From contig CBFGKC010000001.1 in assembly GCA_965649265.1 (NCBI GenBank), forward strand, positions 296,911 through 360,910: a stretch of 64,000 nucleotides of DNA. The letters run 5' to 3'. This DNA comes from a candidate division WOR-3 bacterium (GTDB lineage Bacteria > Hydrothermota > Tepidihabitantia > B3-TA06). How positions within the stretch are numbered: the first letter of the stretch is position 1; every line of letters begins with the position of its first letter. Positions 53,531 to 62,712 of this stretch are shown piece by piece. The notes under the pieces are model-generated. The model saw nothing but the letters and a program-made list of their open reading frames with translations, was not told the DNA's origin and ran no database searches. The translations under genes and the position numbers were made by a program.

Positions 53531-54028
53531 ATGTCAAAGGTCGTCAAGTACAAAGTCCTCAAATTGAAACCCATAGGCGTAGTCCATTCAGCGTACACCG
53601 ATCCCGCCGATATCCACCCCCTGCGCTCGCGCTCGACAAAGGGAACCATCGAAATCTTCCCAGAATTCTCCAAGGGTCTCAAAGATATTGAGGGCTTCTC
53701 CCACCTTTACATTATCTGGGCATTCCATCAGTCCGCCGGTTACAAGCTTCTGACCTCCCCCCTGCTCGCGCCCAAAACCAGGCGCGGTGTGTTCGCGACG
53801 CGCAGCCCTCATCGCCCCAACCCTATTGCGATCACGGTCGCCAAGCTCCTCGGCCGCAAAGGCCGCATCCTCGAGATCAAAGGTCTTGACATGATTGACG
53901 GTACGCCCGTTCTCGACGTCAAACCGTACACTCCGCGCGACCGCAAATCCAAAATTCGCATCGGCTGGCTCGGAGAAATCGAAAAAAACTCTAAGCTAAC
54001 TCGCAGACGAAAGATTAGCGGAGCTTAA
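53531..54028 (+). CDS. trmO: tRNA (t6A37-N6)-methyltransferase TrmO (TsaA/YaeB family)
   Basis: IGVVHS...EGFSHLYIIWAFH...RSPHRPNPIAITVAKLL...LDMIDGTPVLDVKPY. Confidence 0.85.
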   Translation: MSKVVKYKVLKLKPIGVVHSAYTDPADIHPLRSRSTKGTIEIFPEFSKGLKDIEGFSHLYIIWAFHQSAGYKLLTSPLLAPKTRRGVFATRSPHRPNPIAITVAKLLGRKGRILEIKGLDMIDGTPVLDVKPYTPRDRKSKIRIGWLGEIEKNSKLTRRRKISGA

Positions 54029-55544
54029 CTATCTTCAAAAGCTTTCCTTTTCCTCCCCCATGCACTTTGAGAAAATAGGACCCGGAAGGCAGCGTCGTTC
54101 CGTTCTCGCCTCTGCCGTCCCAGGAGATCTTTACAATGCCTTTGCCAGGGTTAAGGGTCCCGAAGCTCGCGATCAGCCTGCCCGATGCGTCGTATATGCG
54201 GGGTTCGGTCATCTCTGAAGGGTCTAGGGATATCTCGAGACTTATCTTTGTCGAGAAGGGGTTGGGTGTTGCCGTTATTAGTCTCGAAAATTCTTCAGGT
54301 TGTTCGACCACACCCGGGATAGCTGCGGACGTGTCGCAAAAGTAGAACGCGGCCCAGTATCCCCCAGGATTTATGCTATCCAGACAATTTTGGGTCCACA
54401 CCGCGTGAATTCTCATCAGGTTGTCAATAACAAGATTGGGTGAAGTAGTGCCTTGTGTAGGGTCTTGTGATTCGCCTATCGTTAAGAGTTTAGTCCAGGT
54501 CTCTCCACAGTCGGTGCTGTGGGCGATGTATGTGTTGCCGTCGGCGCATATGAGCACGGCAACAAGATTATCGCGTGCGGCAATCTCCGCAGAATATTTC
54601 TTCGAGATGGTCGAATCCGCCGTGAAAAGATTTTTTTCTTTCCAGGTCAGACCTCGATCGGTCGAGGAGGCGAAGCAAAACGTCGTAGAACTGTCCCACA
54701 ACGCGTAGTACGCGTCCGCACCGCGTTCCAGATCCAGGTTTGTATAAAGATCATTCAAGGCCTTGGTTTTCGGTTTCTCGCCGTCAGGATAGCGTTCCGG
54801 CCCCCATGTCTGGCCGGCGTGTGTGGACGTAATCATGACCAGTCTCGCCGTGACCGTATCCCAGGGCATGTCTGGATCGGAATGGTAAAGGTTCTTTGTC
54901 AATACTCCCACCTCCTGACCTTTGGCGGCTAAGGCCGCAGGCATGGCTGATGCCGTGTCGGGCATGAGCAATGAGGGCTCGCTCCATGTATTGCCCTTGT
55001 CGCTTGAGGAGATAAAATAGATTTTCGATTTCATGTAGGTGTCACGGTGATCTGTCCACGCCAGGTAGAGGTTGCCATCGCCGTAGCTCATGTAACAACT
55101 CTGCGGTATTGCCGGGCTCACCGCCCTGTCAACGATCCTTTTCGGCGCGCTCCATGTGTTTCCGCCGTCACTTGAGGAACAAAACGATATTCCCCGGTTT
55201 ATGTGAACGAAAGACATGTAGATATTACCCGTGGAATCAGCCACAAGGGCTGCCGAAGTTGCGGTGTCGGAGCCGAAAACGACGGGTGAAGGTTTACTCC
55301 AGCTTTCGCCCAGGTCACAGGTGTAAAGAGAGCTAACCGAATAGTTCGTGAGGTCACTAAGAAAGAGTAAAACGGTTCTTCCCTTTGTGTCAGGTGCCAA
55401 TACCCCTTTTATATTAACAGAATTACCGCATCCGCCGCTGTATCGGACACCGGGAATCTCCCTGCCCTGCTCCTTTGTTCCCACAAGGCCGAAGGCAATC
55501 GAGCTTAATAAAAGCATGCCTGTAAACTCTAACACCTTTTTCAT
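54015..55544 (-). CDS. BNR/Asp-box repeat (sialidase-fold) protein with T9SS-type C-terminal sorting domain
   Basis: Asp-boxes SSSDGGNTWS, SSSDKGNTWS, STDRGLTWK and STDCGETWT. C-terminus TPNPFSTKISLEISL...RIYDASGRLIASF...SGSYFLKVHGGGKGKLLKIVKLR. Confidence 0.8.
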   Translation of the reverse strand: MKKVLEFTGMLLLSSIAFGLVGTKEQGREIPGVRYSGGCGNSVNIKGVLAPDTKGRTVLLFLSDLTNYSVSSLYTCDLGESWSKPSPVVFGSDTATSAALVADSTGNIYMSFVHINRGISFCSSSDGGNTWSAPKRIVDRAVSPAIPQSCYMSYGDGNLYLAWTDHRDTYMKSKIYFISSSDKGNTWSEPSLLMPDTASAMPAALAAKGQEVGVLTKNLYHSDPDMPWDTVTARLVMITSTHAGQTWGPERYPDGEKPKTKALNDLYTNLDLERGADAYYALWDSSTTFCFASSTDRGLTWKEKNLFTADSTISKKYSAEIAARDNLVAVLICADGNTYIAHSTDCGETWTKLLTIGESQDPTQGTTSPNLVIDNLMRIHAVWTQNCLDSINPGGYWAAFYFCDTSAAIPGVVEQPEEFSRLITATPNPFSTKISLEISLDPSEMTEPRIYDASGRLIASFGTLNPGKGIVKISWDGRGENGTTLPSGSYFLKVHGGGKGKLLKIVKLR

Positions 55545-55569
55545 GGCGCTTTCCTCCTTTGAAACTCTG

Positions 55570-57131
55570 CTACTTAAGCTTGATGACCTTTAAAAGCTCT
55601 GTTCTGTCACCGCTTCTTGCGCGAATGAAGTACAATCCATCAGGAACCATCGCTGCGCTCTCGTCTGTGCCGTCCCAGTACAGACAGGACCCCCTCCTCC
55701 CCTCCGTCGCGATATTCTTTACTATTCGTCCTGACGCGTCGTATACGGCAATGTAAATCGGCCTGTCCTGTTCATGCACTATTTTTAAATCAAGGCGATT
55801 CGCGAAAAGGTTCGCAGACGCAAACACCAGAGGTCTGCCAACAGTTTCGACAGGCTCTTCAACGACTCCGGTCGTCGGCTGCATATAGTAGAACATCGCC
55901 TTGACTTTCGCTGTCGAGTCAAGTATCTGCGACCATACAGCGTGAATCCTGTAGTATTTGTCTATGGCCAGTCTGGGATCGCCGGTGCCACCGACATCGC
56001 CGATCCTGTTCGTAGGCGCCTTGCTCAGAAGCATTGACTCATTAAAGGTTTTACCCCAGTCTATGCTGTACTCAAGCAATACCTTGTTGTCCATGCATGA
56101 AAGGACGGCCATGACACTGTCTCTTGTCGAAAATTCCGTCTTGCCGTAATTCTCCTTTTCATTTTCTGGTTGAATTGCCCTGACCTTACTCCAGTGCCAT
56201 CCCCTGTCCTTTGTAGAGAAGACGAATGTGATTCTTGTGCTATCGCAGACTACGTAGTCCGCCGTGCGGCCCAGTTCTAGATCTAACGAGTTGTAATCGT
56301 CGCCAACGTACATGTCGCCATTGTATTTGAAATCCTTGCCTGTAGGCGAGCGGTTTTCTGTCCAGGTCTGTCCGTAATCGCTGGAATTGATGTAGCAGGT
56401 GCGGTTTGCTGGATACTCGTATTCGTTCATGGTTGATACTTCGGGCCAGATAAGAGATACCCTTGATCCCAGGGCGTCCATCTCAAGACCACGAATGGAA
56501 ACCGTATCTTCACAGATTGCCATTGGCGGGTTCCAGCTTGCGCCCATGTTGTCGGAAAGCATGAGCATGATTCTACGCGTGGCCGACGAAATACGGCTAT
56601 TTCCCTTAGGGATACAAACCCAGGCGACGTAAAGCTTGCCTGTCGTAGCGCTGATGGAGGGATAATGAGGGAAAACAGGGAGCAGGGAATCCTCTGCAGG
56701 CGGCTCGACGACGAGCGTTACGGGCGCGCTCCAATGCTCGCCGCCGTCGGCAGATTTCATGAAAAGAATGCCAGAGCTTGCATCATGCCATACATAATAA
56801 AGGTTTCCTTCCTCGTCCGAGGTCAGGTCATTCCAATTGCACGGCTTGGGGTGCTGTAGTCCTGGAACCAGGTCTTGCCGGAGTCAAAAGAATGCAGCAT
56901 CCACGCCGGGGCCTGTAGTTCTGGCCCGATGTATTCTTGCGGTGTCACCACAAGATGGAGTCTTAGCTCCGAATCTATCGCGAAGGCCTTGCCGGCAAAT
57001 TGAAGGGAGATGGCCGGGTTCATACCATCTGTGTTATACCGTGAGTTGGGTATCTCGATGACGCCATCCATGCCAATCAACCCTGAAACAAAGACCAGCA
57101 AAGACATGAAAACTTTCAAGGATTCTCGCAT
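55570..57131 (-). pseudogene. BNR-repeat T9SS-CTD protein paralogue interrupted by a frameshift near 56830-56880
   Basis: The N-terminal ORF (57131..56823) has an RBS, a signal peptide and SFDSGKTW. It ends in frame A. Frame B is open from 56883 and reads ...NWNDLTSDEEGNLYYVWHDASSGILFMKSADGGEHWS, continuing to the CTD at 55570. Confidence 0.6.
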
Positions 57132-57240
57132 TTGAACCTCCTCGCGGTACTCCTCGAATATATACCTCGTAGTATTATTGTAAGCCCTGCGCAAAACATG
57201 TCAGTATACCTCGGGTTCCTGGCTTACAAGTCTAACCTGC

Positions 57241-57268
57241 TTGACAACTTCGGTTGTTGCGTTAAAGT
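57241..57268 (+). promoter_or_regulatory. sigma70-like promoter TTGACA-N16-TAAAGT, 5 nt before the ATG at 57274 (leaderless)
   Basis: Plus strand reads cTTGACAacttcggttgttgcgtTAAAGTtccatATG. The TTG that opens ORF 57241 is the -35 box itself. Confidence 0.5.
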
Positions 57269-57273
57269 TCCAT

Positions 57274-58038
57274 ATGCACGCTCTCGCGGTGTTTATTATG
57301 ATACTTACTCAGTCAGCCTCGATTTCATGGCAGCGAGAGGCGTTTGATTGGGGCTCCATCGGTCTTATGGGAGCGGGCGGTTTGGCGTTCAGCCGCAGGG
57401 GTCCTTTTTTCGACACACCTCTGATCCCGGGCCCGGGTGACAAGCCTTATCTTGAGGAGCGAGTCTCCGATCCATGGGTTTACGCATCCATGCTGGCAAC
57501 CGCAGGCGCGGTCTCGCTTCTTCCGAATCAGGACGGCTGGCTCAACGAGCGAAGCTATCGGCATCTCAAGGGTTCGCTTCTGGCTATAACCTCCGGGTAC
57601 TTCATTAAGGAACTGGCCAAGGACGTAGTAGGCAGGCCTCGGCCCGATTACTACGACCGACTTGCGAAGGGTATAGGGCTCGATGAGGCAAGGGATAGCT
57701 GGCCTTCCGGTCATGCAACGCATTTCGCTACTGCCGCCACCTACCTCTCCCTCTTAACCTGGGATGAGTGGCGTTCGAGCGATCCCTGGGCGATTACGGC
57801 AAAAACCGGTATCACTGCCATTCTCGCCGGAACCTGGGCCTGGGTCTCGTACACGCGCATTGCCGACAACCGTCATTACCCTGGCGATGTCATCGCAGGC
57901 AGTATTCTGGGCGCCGGAACAGCACTGTTAGGCTATTCCTACGAACAGTGGTGGGGAAGACCGAAAACAACTGCACTTGGCTGTTCTTTCCTTGAGATTT
58001 CACCTTTTTCTATAACACTAGTTCGAATGAATTTTTGA
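57274..58038 (+). CDS. PAP2-family phosphatase
   Basis: KDVVGRPRPDY, SWPSGHATH, and YTRIADNRHYPGDVIAG are the three PAP2 motifs. Confidence 0.85.
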   Translation: MHALAVFIMILTQSASISWQREAFDWGSIGLMGAGGLAFSRRGPFFDTPLIPGPGDKPYLEERVSDPWVYASMLATAGAVSLLPNQDGWLNERSYRHLKGSLLAITSGYFIKELAKDVVGRPRPDYYDRLAKGIGLDEARDSWPSGHATHFATAATYLSLLTWDEWRSSDPWAITAKTGITAILAGTWAWVSYTRIADNRHYPGDVIAGSILGAGTALLGYSYEQWWGRPKTTALGCSFLEISPFSITLVRMNF

Positions 58039-58114
58039 TTTTTAGTGTTATTGATATCAAAACCAATAAGTGTTCATTTGTTTTATTTAGGTTTCGTATC
58101 GGGCTTTTACCCTC

Positions 58115-58142
58115 TTGACACGTCCCGCTTTGCCCCTATACT
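58115..58142 (+). promoter_or_regulatory. sigma70-like promoter of tRNA-Gly (TTGACA-N16-TATACT)
   Basis: Plus strand reads cTTGACAcgtcccgctttgccccTATACT, 24 nt upstream of the tRNA. Confidence 0.6.
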
Positions 58143-58166
58143 TTTAGAAGAGAGAAGTACAGTACT

Positions 58167-58239
58167 GCGGATGTAGCTCAGTTGGTAGAGCACAGGCTTC
58201 CCAAGCCTGTGGCCGCGGGTTCAAATCCCGTCGTCCGCT
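58167..58239 (+). tRNA. tRNA-Gly (anticodon CCC)
   Basis: GCGGATGTAGCTCAGTTGGTAGAGCACAGGCTTCCCAAGCCTGTGGCCGCGGGTTCAAATCCCGTCGTCCGCT. Anticodon stem CAGGC/GCCTG with loop TTCCCAA. Discriminator U. Confidence 0.92.
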
Positions 58240-58278
58240 TCTGGCGTTGTTATGTGACGCAATTAATATGGAGGCTGA

Positions 58279-59040
58279 ATGGTACAATTCGTTTTAGCAG
58301 TATTTCTTGCTTGCGGCTTAGGGATGAAAGTGGAGTGGAGCGAGCTTAGTATCCATTTTTTCGGTCCGGTGGATATGGCGAGCGATTCACTTTACGCGAG
58401 CGAACTGAAGGTAAGTCTTGATTCGCTTTTGTTGGCGACACCTCTTGATGCCGAGCGCACATTAGGTGACGCCGTGCGTCGTTCAAATGATGCACGTAAC
58501 TATTTCCTGACCGCCCTCGCTTATCCGCAGGTTGTTTCTACCCGTTACTCCACATCCGGCGAGGTTCAGAACGAATACGCTATAAGCCTGTTCGGTCCGT
58601 TTCTTGAGGATTTCATACCGCATTCGAATTACGCAAGCGCATCCGAGAATCCGGATTCCCTTAACGGGAGCGGATTGGAATCGCAGTCTTCGATACCTGT
58701 TACAGGTTTCGTCATCGACGCCCGCGGCATAGGTTTCAACCCCGCAATATTTCCTCGAATCGTTGATCCGCAAGGGAACGTTATCCTGGATGCCGGAAGA
58801 GTAAACCGCGCGCAGGTGATGGAAGAAGGTTACGTTCGATATGCATATTCCCCGCGTGAGGTTCTAGAGACCAGGGAACTCGGTCTGAATCCCTTAAGAA
58901 TAGTTGCCGAGCGCGCCGAAGGGCGCAATCGTTCGAATCTTGTGCTCAACTACGACGATGCAAATCGGATTACGTCGTCAGCCTTGAACCTCCGGCTTCT
59001 ATCGGAGTGCCGGGTAATTATCATTATAGACCGTAACTGA
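58279..59040 (+). CDS. hypothetical exported protein
   Basis: RBS tGGAGGctga. Hydrophobic N-terminus MVQFVLAVFLACGLG. No recognisable motifs. Confidence 0.5.
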   Translation: MVQFVLAVFLACGLGMKVEWSELSIHFFGPVDMASDSLYASELKVSLDSLLLATPLDAERTLGDAVRRSNDARNYFLTALAYPQVVSTRYSTSGEVQNEYAISLFGPFLEDFIPHSNYASASENPDSLNGSGLESQSSIPVTGFVIDARGIGFNPAIFPRIVDPQGNVILDAGRVNRAQVMEEGYVRYAYSPREVLETRELGLNPLRIVAERAEGRNRSNLVLNYDDANRITSSALNLRLLSECRVIIIIDRN

Positions 59041-59170
59041 GGATTTGGTCCCGCACACAACTTTAAGCATGAAGGAGGTGGAGGGGTATTTTTTTGCATA
59101 CTCAACATAAAAAAACAGAGAAACTTCAACCCCTCTCTTTATCATTTGATTGTTGGGTTTTTCGGGAGGG

Positions 59171-59413
59171 TTAGTTGGGCTTTTTTGTTTCAGTCGCCTT
59201 TGTGCTTAGTTGTTTGGGGCCTTCACCGCTTTTGCGTTTGTAATCGGTTTCGTAGAATCCAGAACCTTTGAACACGATTCCGGACCCGCCGCCGATAAGA
59301 CGTTCGACCTGACCGCCGCATTCCGGGCACTTCTTAAGGGGTTTTTCCGTCATATCCTGAAAGTAGTCGAAGCGGAAATCGCATTTTTTGCAGTGGTATT
59401 CGTATGTAGGCAT
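59171..59413 (-). CDS. FmdB-family zinc-ribbon protein
   Basis: MPTYEYHCKKCDFRF...CPECGG is the CxxC...CxxC zinc-ribbon signature. Confidence 0.85.
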   Translation of the reverse strand: MPTYEYHCKKCDFRFDYFQDMTEKPLKKCPECGGQVERLIGGGSGIVFKGSGFYETDYKRKSGEGPKQLSTKATETKKPN

Positions 59414-59511
59414 AAGATGTAAATTATAGGTCGTCAGACCGCGGTGTCAAGTTGACATTTCCGTTTTCGGGAAGAAAATACTTGTTTAAACCAAACAGAG
59501 GAGGAAAAACT

Positions 59512-61089
59512 ATGATAGGTTTATTTTTGATGCTGGTTTCGTCAGCCGACTGCGGGGCACTGGACGTTATTGCCCTGGGGTCAATTGAATCGAGGCACGC
59601 TTTTGTTGATTCGCTCTCGAGTGCTGACAAAGCAGGTACGGCTCAAATGCTTGTCGATGCCTTGGCATGCGAATCCGAACAGACGAGGATGTTTGCCGCG
59701 GAGGCACTCGGTTATCTGCGTGATCCGTCTGCAACAGGTTCGCTCGTTAAAGCCCTCTTGTCTCCTTCGGTCGGTGTTCGCTACGAGGCGGCGTGGGCAC
59801 TTGGACTTCTGAAAGACACTTCGGCAGTCGAGCCTCTCATAAAGGCATTGTTCAGCGAAGCGGCACCGGTGCGGACAAATGCTGCATGGTCGCTGGGCGA
59901 AATAGGCGACAAGCGTGCGGTAACGTCTCTCATGAAAGCGCTCGACGATCCCGACGGCAGAGTGAGAGAAAACTCCATAGAGGCGCTCGGAAAGCTTGGT
60001 GCAGGCGAGGCTGTTGACGTTTTGATGAGCAGGGCGACGACGACTAAGGGGTCTGAGAAAACCAAAACCCTTATTGCCCTTGCGATGATTGTTGATGCCA
60101 GATCCGCGTCAATGATCGCTCAGGCCGCTGCAGATCAATCGACAGCACAGAGACCGCTTCTCGTCGAGGCTCTGGGTAAAATCGCCGATACCTCATCTGT
60201 CCCCGTTCTCATATCCCTCCTCTCCGATCCCATGTGGTCGGTTCGTGCAAAAGCGGCCTGGTCGCTGGGGCAGATCGGTGACAAGCGGGCCCTTGATCCG
60301 CTTCTTTCCGCGGCACTCGACTCAAAACCCGAAGTGAGGCAGTCGGTTTTCCAGGCCCTGGGCTGGCTGGAAGAGATCAAGGCCGAGGATGCGCTTATCA
60401 GCGGTCTCGCGGACGCCAACGTTCTCTGTGTTATGAGCGCCGCTCATGCTCTGGGAGTTCTCGGGAGCAAGAAGGCGGTGGAGCCTCTGGCAAAACTGCT
60501 TTCCGACAAATCGGCGCAAGTCCGGCTGGAGGCCGTGTTCGCGCTGGGAGCTATCGGCGATCCGTCCGCCGCAACAAATATCCGCCCGCTGCTTTCCGAT
60601 GCCGCCTGGGAGGTAGAAGGGGCAGCGGTGAGGGCTCTCGGAAGGCTTCACGACACCGCGTCAGTCGAGCTTCTCGGTACCGTTCTTGCCCACAACTTCT
60701 GGAACATCAGACTCGAAGGCGTGAAGGCGCTTGGTTTCATCGGTTCCGCGAAAGCACTTCCAATGCTCGAAAGATATTACAATGATGAGCACACGGATAC
60801 GAGGCTCTGGGCACGTCTTGCGGCAATCAAGCTGGGAGGAGATCCGGAAAAGTTGATATCCTCACTAACGAACGAGAAACCTTCCCGTGAGGTGCTTGAA
60901 GTGGCAAGCTTGCTTGCCGGAAAGAGCGATACCCTTGGTCAGTGGCAGGGAGACTTGGACGATGAAAGACTCGATCTCCTCCTCCTCCTTCACACCCCTG
61001 GGGCACGAACTCTTCTCGAGAAATTACCCGTGCCTGCGGACAAATGGCTGTTGAAGGAGAAACGGCTTATTACTCTTCGTCAGTGGTAG
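59512..61089 (+). CDS. HEAT-repeat (PBS-lyase-type) protein
   Basis: ATG at 59512 after aGAGGAGGaaaaact. About 12 repeats of the form VR..AAWALG.IGD.RA..PL..AL.D. Confidence 0.8.
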   Translation: MIGLFLMLVSSADCGALDVIALGSIESRHAFVDSLSSADKAGTAQMLVDALACESEQTRMFAAEALGYLRDPSATGSLVKALLSPSVGVRYEAAWALGLLKDTSAVEPLIKALFSEAAPVRTNAAWSLGEIGDKRAVTSLMKALDDPDGRVRENSIEALGKLGAGEAVDVLMSRATTTKGSEKTKTLIALAMIVDARSASMIAQAAADQSTAQRPLLVEALGKIADTSSVPVLISLLSDPMWSVRAKAAWSLGQIGDKRALDPLLSAALDSKPEVRQSVFQALGWLEEIKAEDALISGLADANVLCVMSAAHALGVLGSKKAVEPLAKLLSDKSAQVRLEAVFALGAIGDPSAATNIRPLLSDAAWEVEGAAVRALGRLHDTASVELLGTVLAHNFWNIRLEGVKALGFIGSAKALPMLERYYNDEHTDTRLWARLAAIKLGGDPEKLISSLTNEKPSREVLEVASLLAGKSDTLGQWQGDLDDERLDLLLLLHTPGARTLLEKLPVPADKWLLKEKRLITLRQW

Positions 61090-61188
61090 CAGGTTTTACG
61101 TTTTATCAAAGGTTGGGGAAGTAGTCCTTAGTAAGGAAGGAACACGGGGGTTGGCACGAACCAGGTGTCGTAAATCCCAGGTCAGTTT

Positions 61189-61230
61189 TAAAAAAAGCCT
61201 TGTCTGACTTTTTTAAGGTCAGACAAGGCT
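61189..61230 (-). terminator. intrinsic terminator of tRNA-Gln
   Basis: 13-bp perfect stem agccttgtctgac/gtcagacaaggct, followed on the minus strand by ttttttt. Confidence 0.8.
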
Positions 61231-61237
61231 TTGGAAG

Positions 61238-61308
61238 CTGGGGGACAGGGACTCGAACCCCGATTAACTGATCCAGAGTCAGTCGTCCTGCCATTAGACG
61301 ATCCCCCA
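61238..61308 (-). tRNA. tRNA-Gln (anticodon CTG)
   Basis: Reverse complement TGGGGGATCGTCTAATGGCAGGACGACTGACTCTGGATCAGTTAATCGGGGTTCGAGTCCCTGTCCCCCAG. Anticodon stem ACTGA/TCAGT with loop CTCTGGA. U1-A72 is typical of bacterial tRNA-Gln. Confidence 0.9.
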
Positions 61309-61319
61309 AGATCATGCAA

Positions 61320-61347
61320 ATTATAAGAAACCGTCCCGGAAAGTCAA
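61320..61347 (-). promoter_or_regulatory. sigma70-like promoter of tRNA-Gln (TTGACT-N16-TATAAT)
   Basis: Minus strand reads cTTGACTttccgggacggtttctTATAATttgcatgatcTTGGGGG. Confidence 0.65.
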
Positions 61348-61385
61348 GCAAGTGGAATATTGAGATCGACGCGGTCTCGGACTCG

Positions 61386-61414
61386 TTGACAAGGCCTCTC
61401 TTGTTCTTTAGAAT
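61386..61414 (+). promoter_or_regulatory. sigma70-like promoter TTGACA-N17-TAGAAT, 5 nt before the GTG at 61420
   Basis: Plus strand reads gTTGACAaggcctctcttgttcttTAGAATtataaGTG. Confidence 0.5.
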
Positions 61415-61419
61415 TATAA

Positions 61420-62640
61420 GTGTCTGGTTTATTGCGTCTTGGTTTCTTTAACCACGCGCGCTATTATTCTGATGGTTTCAAAATAGTAACCTACTCATCT
61501 GCTTCCCGATTTCTGAAATCGCTCGAAGAATATGGCATTTTACTTGCCAGTGTTTGCGCTTCTCTAACTCGTTCTGAAGAACTTATTGGCGAGTCTTCTT
61601 CCGGGTTTGCATTGGAAGATGCCGTCAGATTCTTCCCTTTGCCTGCATGGCGGGATCTTGAGAATCAACTTAGAATAATGCCTTTCAAGTGGAGAGAAAT
61701 TTCGCATACTGTCAAACTCTTCGTCGCATCTTCGGATGTTCTCTGGGTACGCGGTCCGACTCCCTTGCTTGAGCTTATACTGAATGAGGCTCGCAGTCAA
61801 AACAAACCGGTTGTGGTTCACATGGCCGGAAATATCCGCGGGTTATGGAGAAGCACTAAGCATAAGGGACAGTTAAAAAGGGTACTTGTCCGTGCTGTCT
61901 CCGAGGTCCTCCACCGCAGATTCCGGAAGGCTCTGCATAGCGAAGCAGTGCTCGCTACTGGCCCTGAACTCGTTGATCTTTACTCGGGTGTAGACAAGAA
62001 AGCGGTGCCTTTCGTAGACAACCTGGTCGATTTACCGGTATCCCTCACTCCTGCCAGAACAAACCAAGGAAGGCTTCTTTTCGTAGGGCGTGTCGATCAC
62101 GGAAAGGGATTGTTTGTTACATTGAAAGCCTTGAAGAGGATAAAAGATGGGGGGAGGAGGGTTTCGCTCTTCATAGTCGGTAACGGACCGATCGTTGATA
62201 TTTTGAAAAAAGAAGCCGTTGCTCTTGATGTTGAGGATATGATAAAATGGCGTGGTTTTGTACCCTACGGAGACGAACTCGATCGGGAATACAAGGAGAG
62301 TCATGCACTTATTCTTCCCTCGGAATCAACGGAGGGCTTCCCAAGGGTAATTCTTGAGGCTTGGGCGAAGGGGGTACCTGTTATAGCCTCAAATATAGGT
62401 GGAATTTCTCGAATAATTACAAACGGTCGTGACGGTATTCTTGTTCCTCCCTCCGACGATATGGCCCTGGCTGCAGCTATCCTGCAACTTATTACAAGCG
62501 ATAAGCTTAGAACCAGAATTGTTGAAGGCGCTCGTGAGTCATTAAAACCCTGGACGCTTCGTAATCAGTCTTTCGTGGCTGCGCAGACCTTAAAAGAAGC
62601 CTATAACAGGGCCTATAAAAGCCCAAAAACCTTTTTTTAG
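61420..62640 (+). CDS. glycosyltransferase family 4 (GT-B)
   Basis: LLFVGRVDHGKG...LILPSESTEGFPRVILEAWAKGVPVIASNIGGISRIITNGRDGILV (E-x7-E region). Confidence 0.85.
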   Translation: MSGLLRLGFFNHARYYSDGFKIVTYSSASRFLKSLEEYGILLASVCASLTRSEELIGESSSGFALEDAVRFFPLPAWRDLENQLRIMPFKWREISHTVKLFVASSDVLWVRGPTPLLELILNEARSQNKPVVVHMAGNIRGLWRSTKHKGQLKRVLVRAVSEVLHRRFRKALHSEAVLATGPELVDLYSGVDKKAVPFVDNLVDLPVSLTPARTNQGRLLFVGRVDHGKGLFVTLKALKRIKDGGRRVSLFIVGNGPIVDILKKEAVALDVEDMIKWRGFVPYGDELDREYKESHALILPSESTEGFPRVILEAWAKGVPVIASNIGGISRIITNGRDGILVPPSDDMALAAAILQLITSDKLRTRIVEGARESLKPWTLRNQSFVAAQTLKEAYNRAYKSPKTFF

Positions 62641-62645
62641 CACTC

Positions 62646-62673
62646 TTGACATCTTTGAAATAAGCCCTAATAT
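62646..62673 (+). promoter_or_regulatory. sigma70-like promoter TTGACA-N16-TAATAT upstream of fbp
   Basis: Plus strand reads cTTGACAtctttgaaataagcccTAATAT, about 40 nt before AGGAGGactgATG. Confidence 0.55.
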
Positions 62674-62712
62674 CTATAAAATTTTAGAACTGAAATCGAT
62701 TTAGGAGGACTG

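Noticed and set aside
59074-59086. G-rich ggaggtggagggg tract, considered as another copy of the C-tract 3' motif.
   Set aside because: The orientation is ambiguous. It is G-rich for the nearer plus-strand gene, and C-rich only for fmdB 85 nt away. It was therefore not counted.
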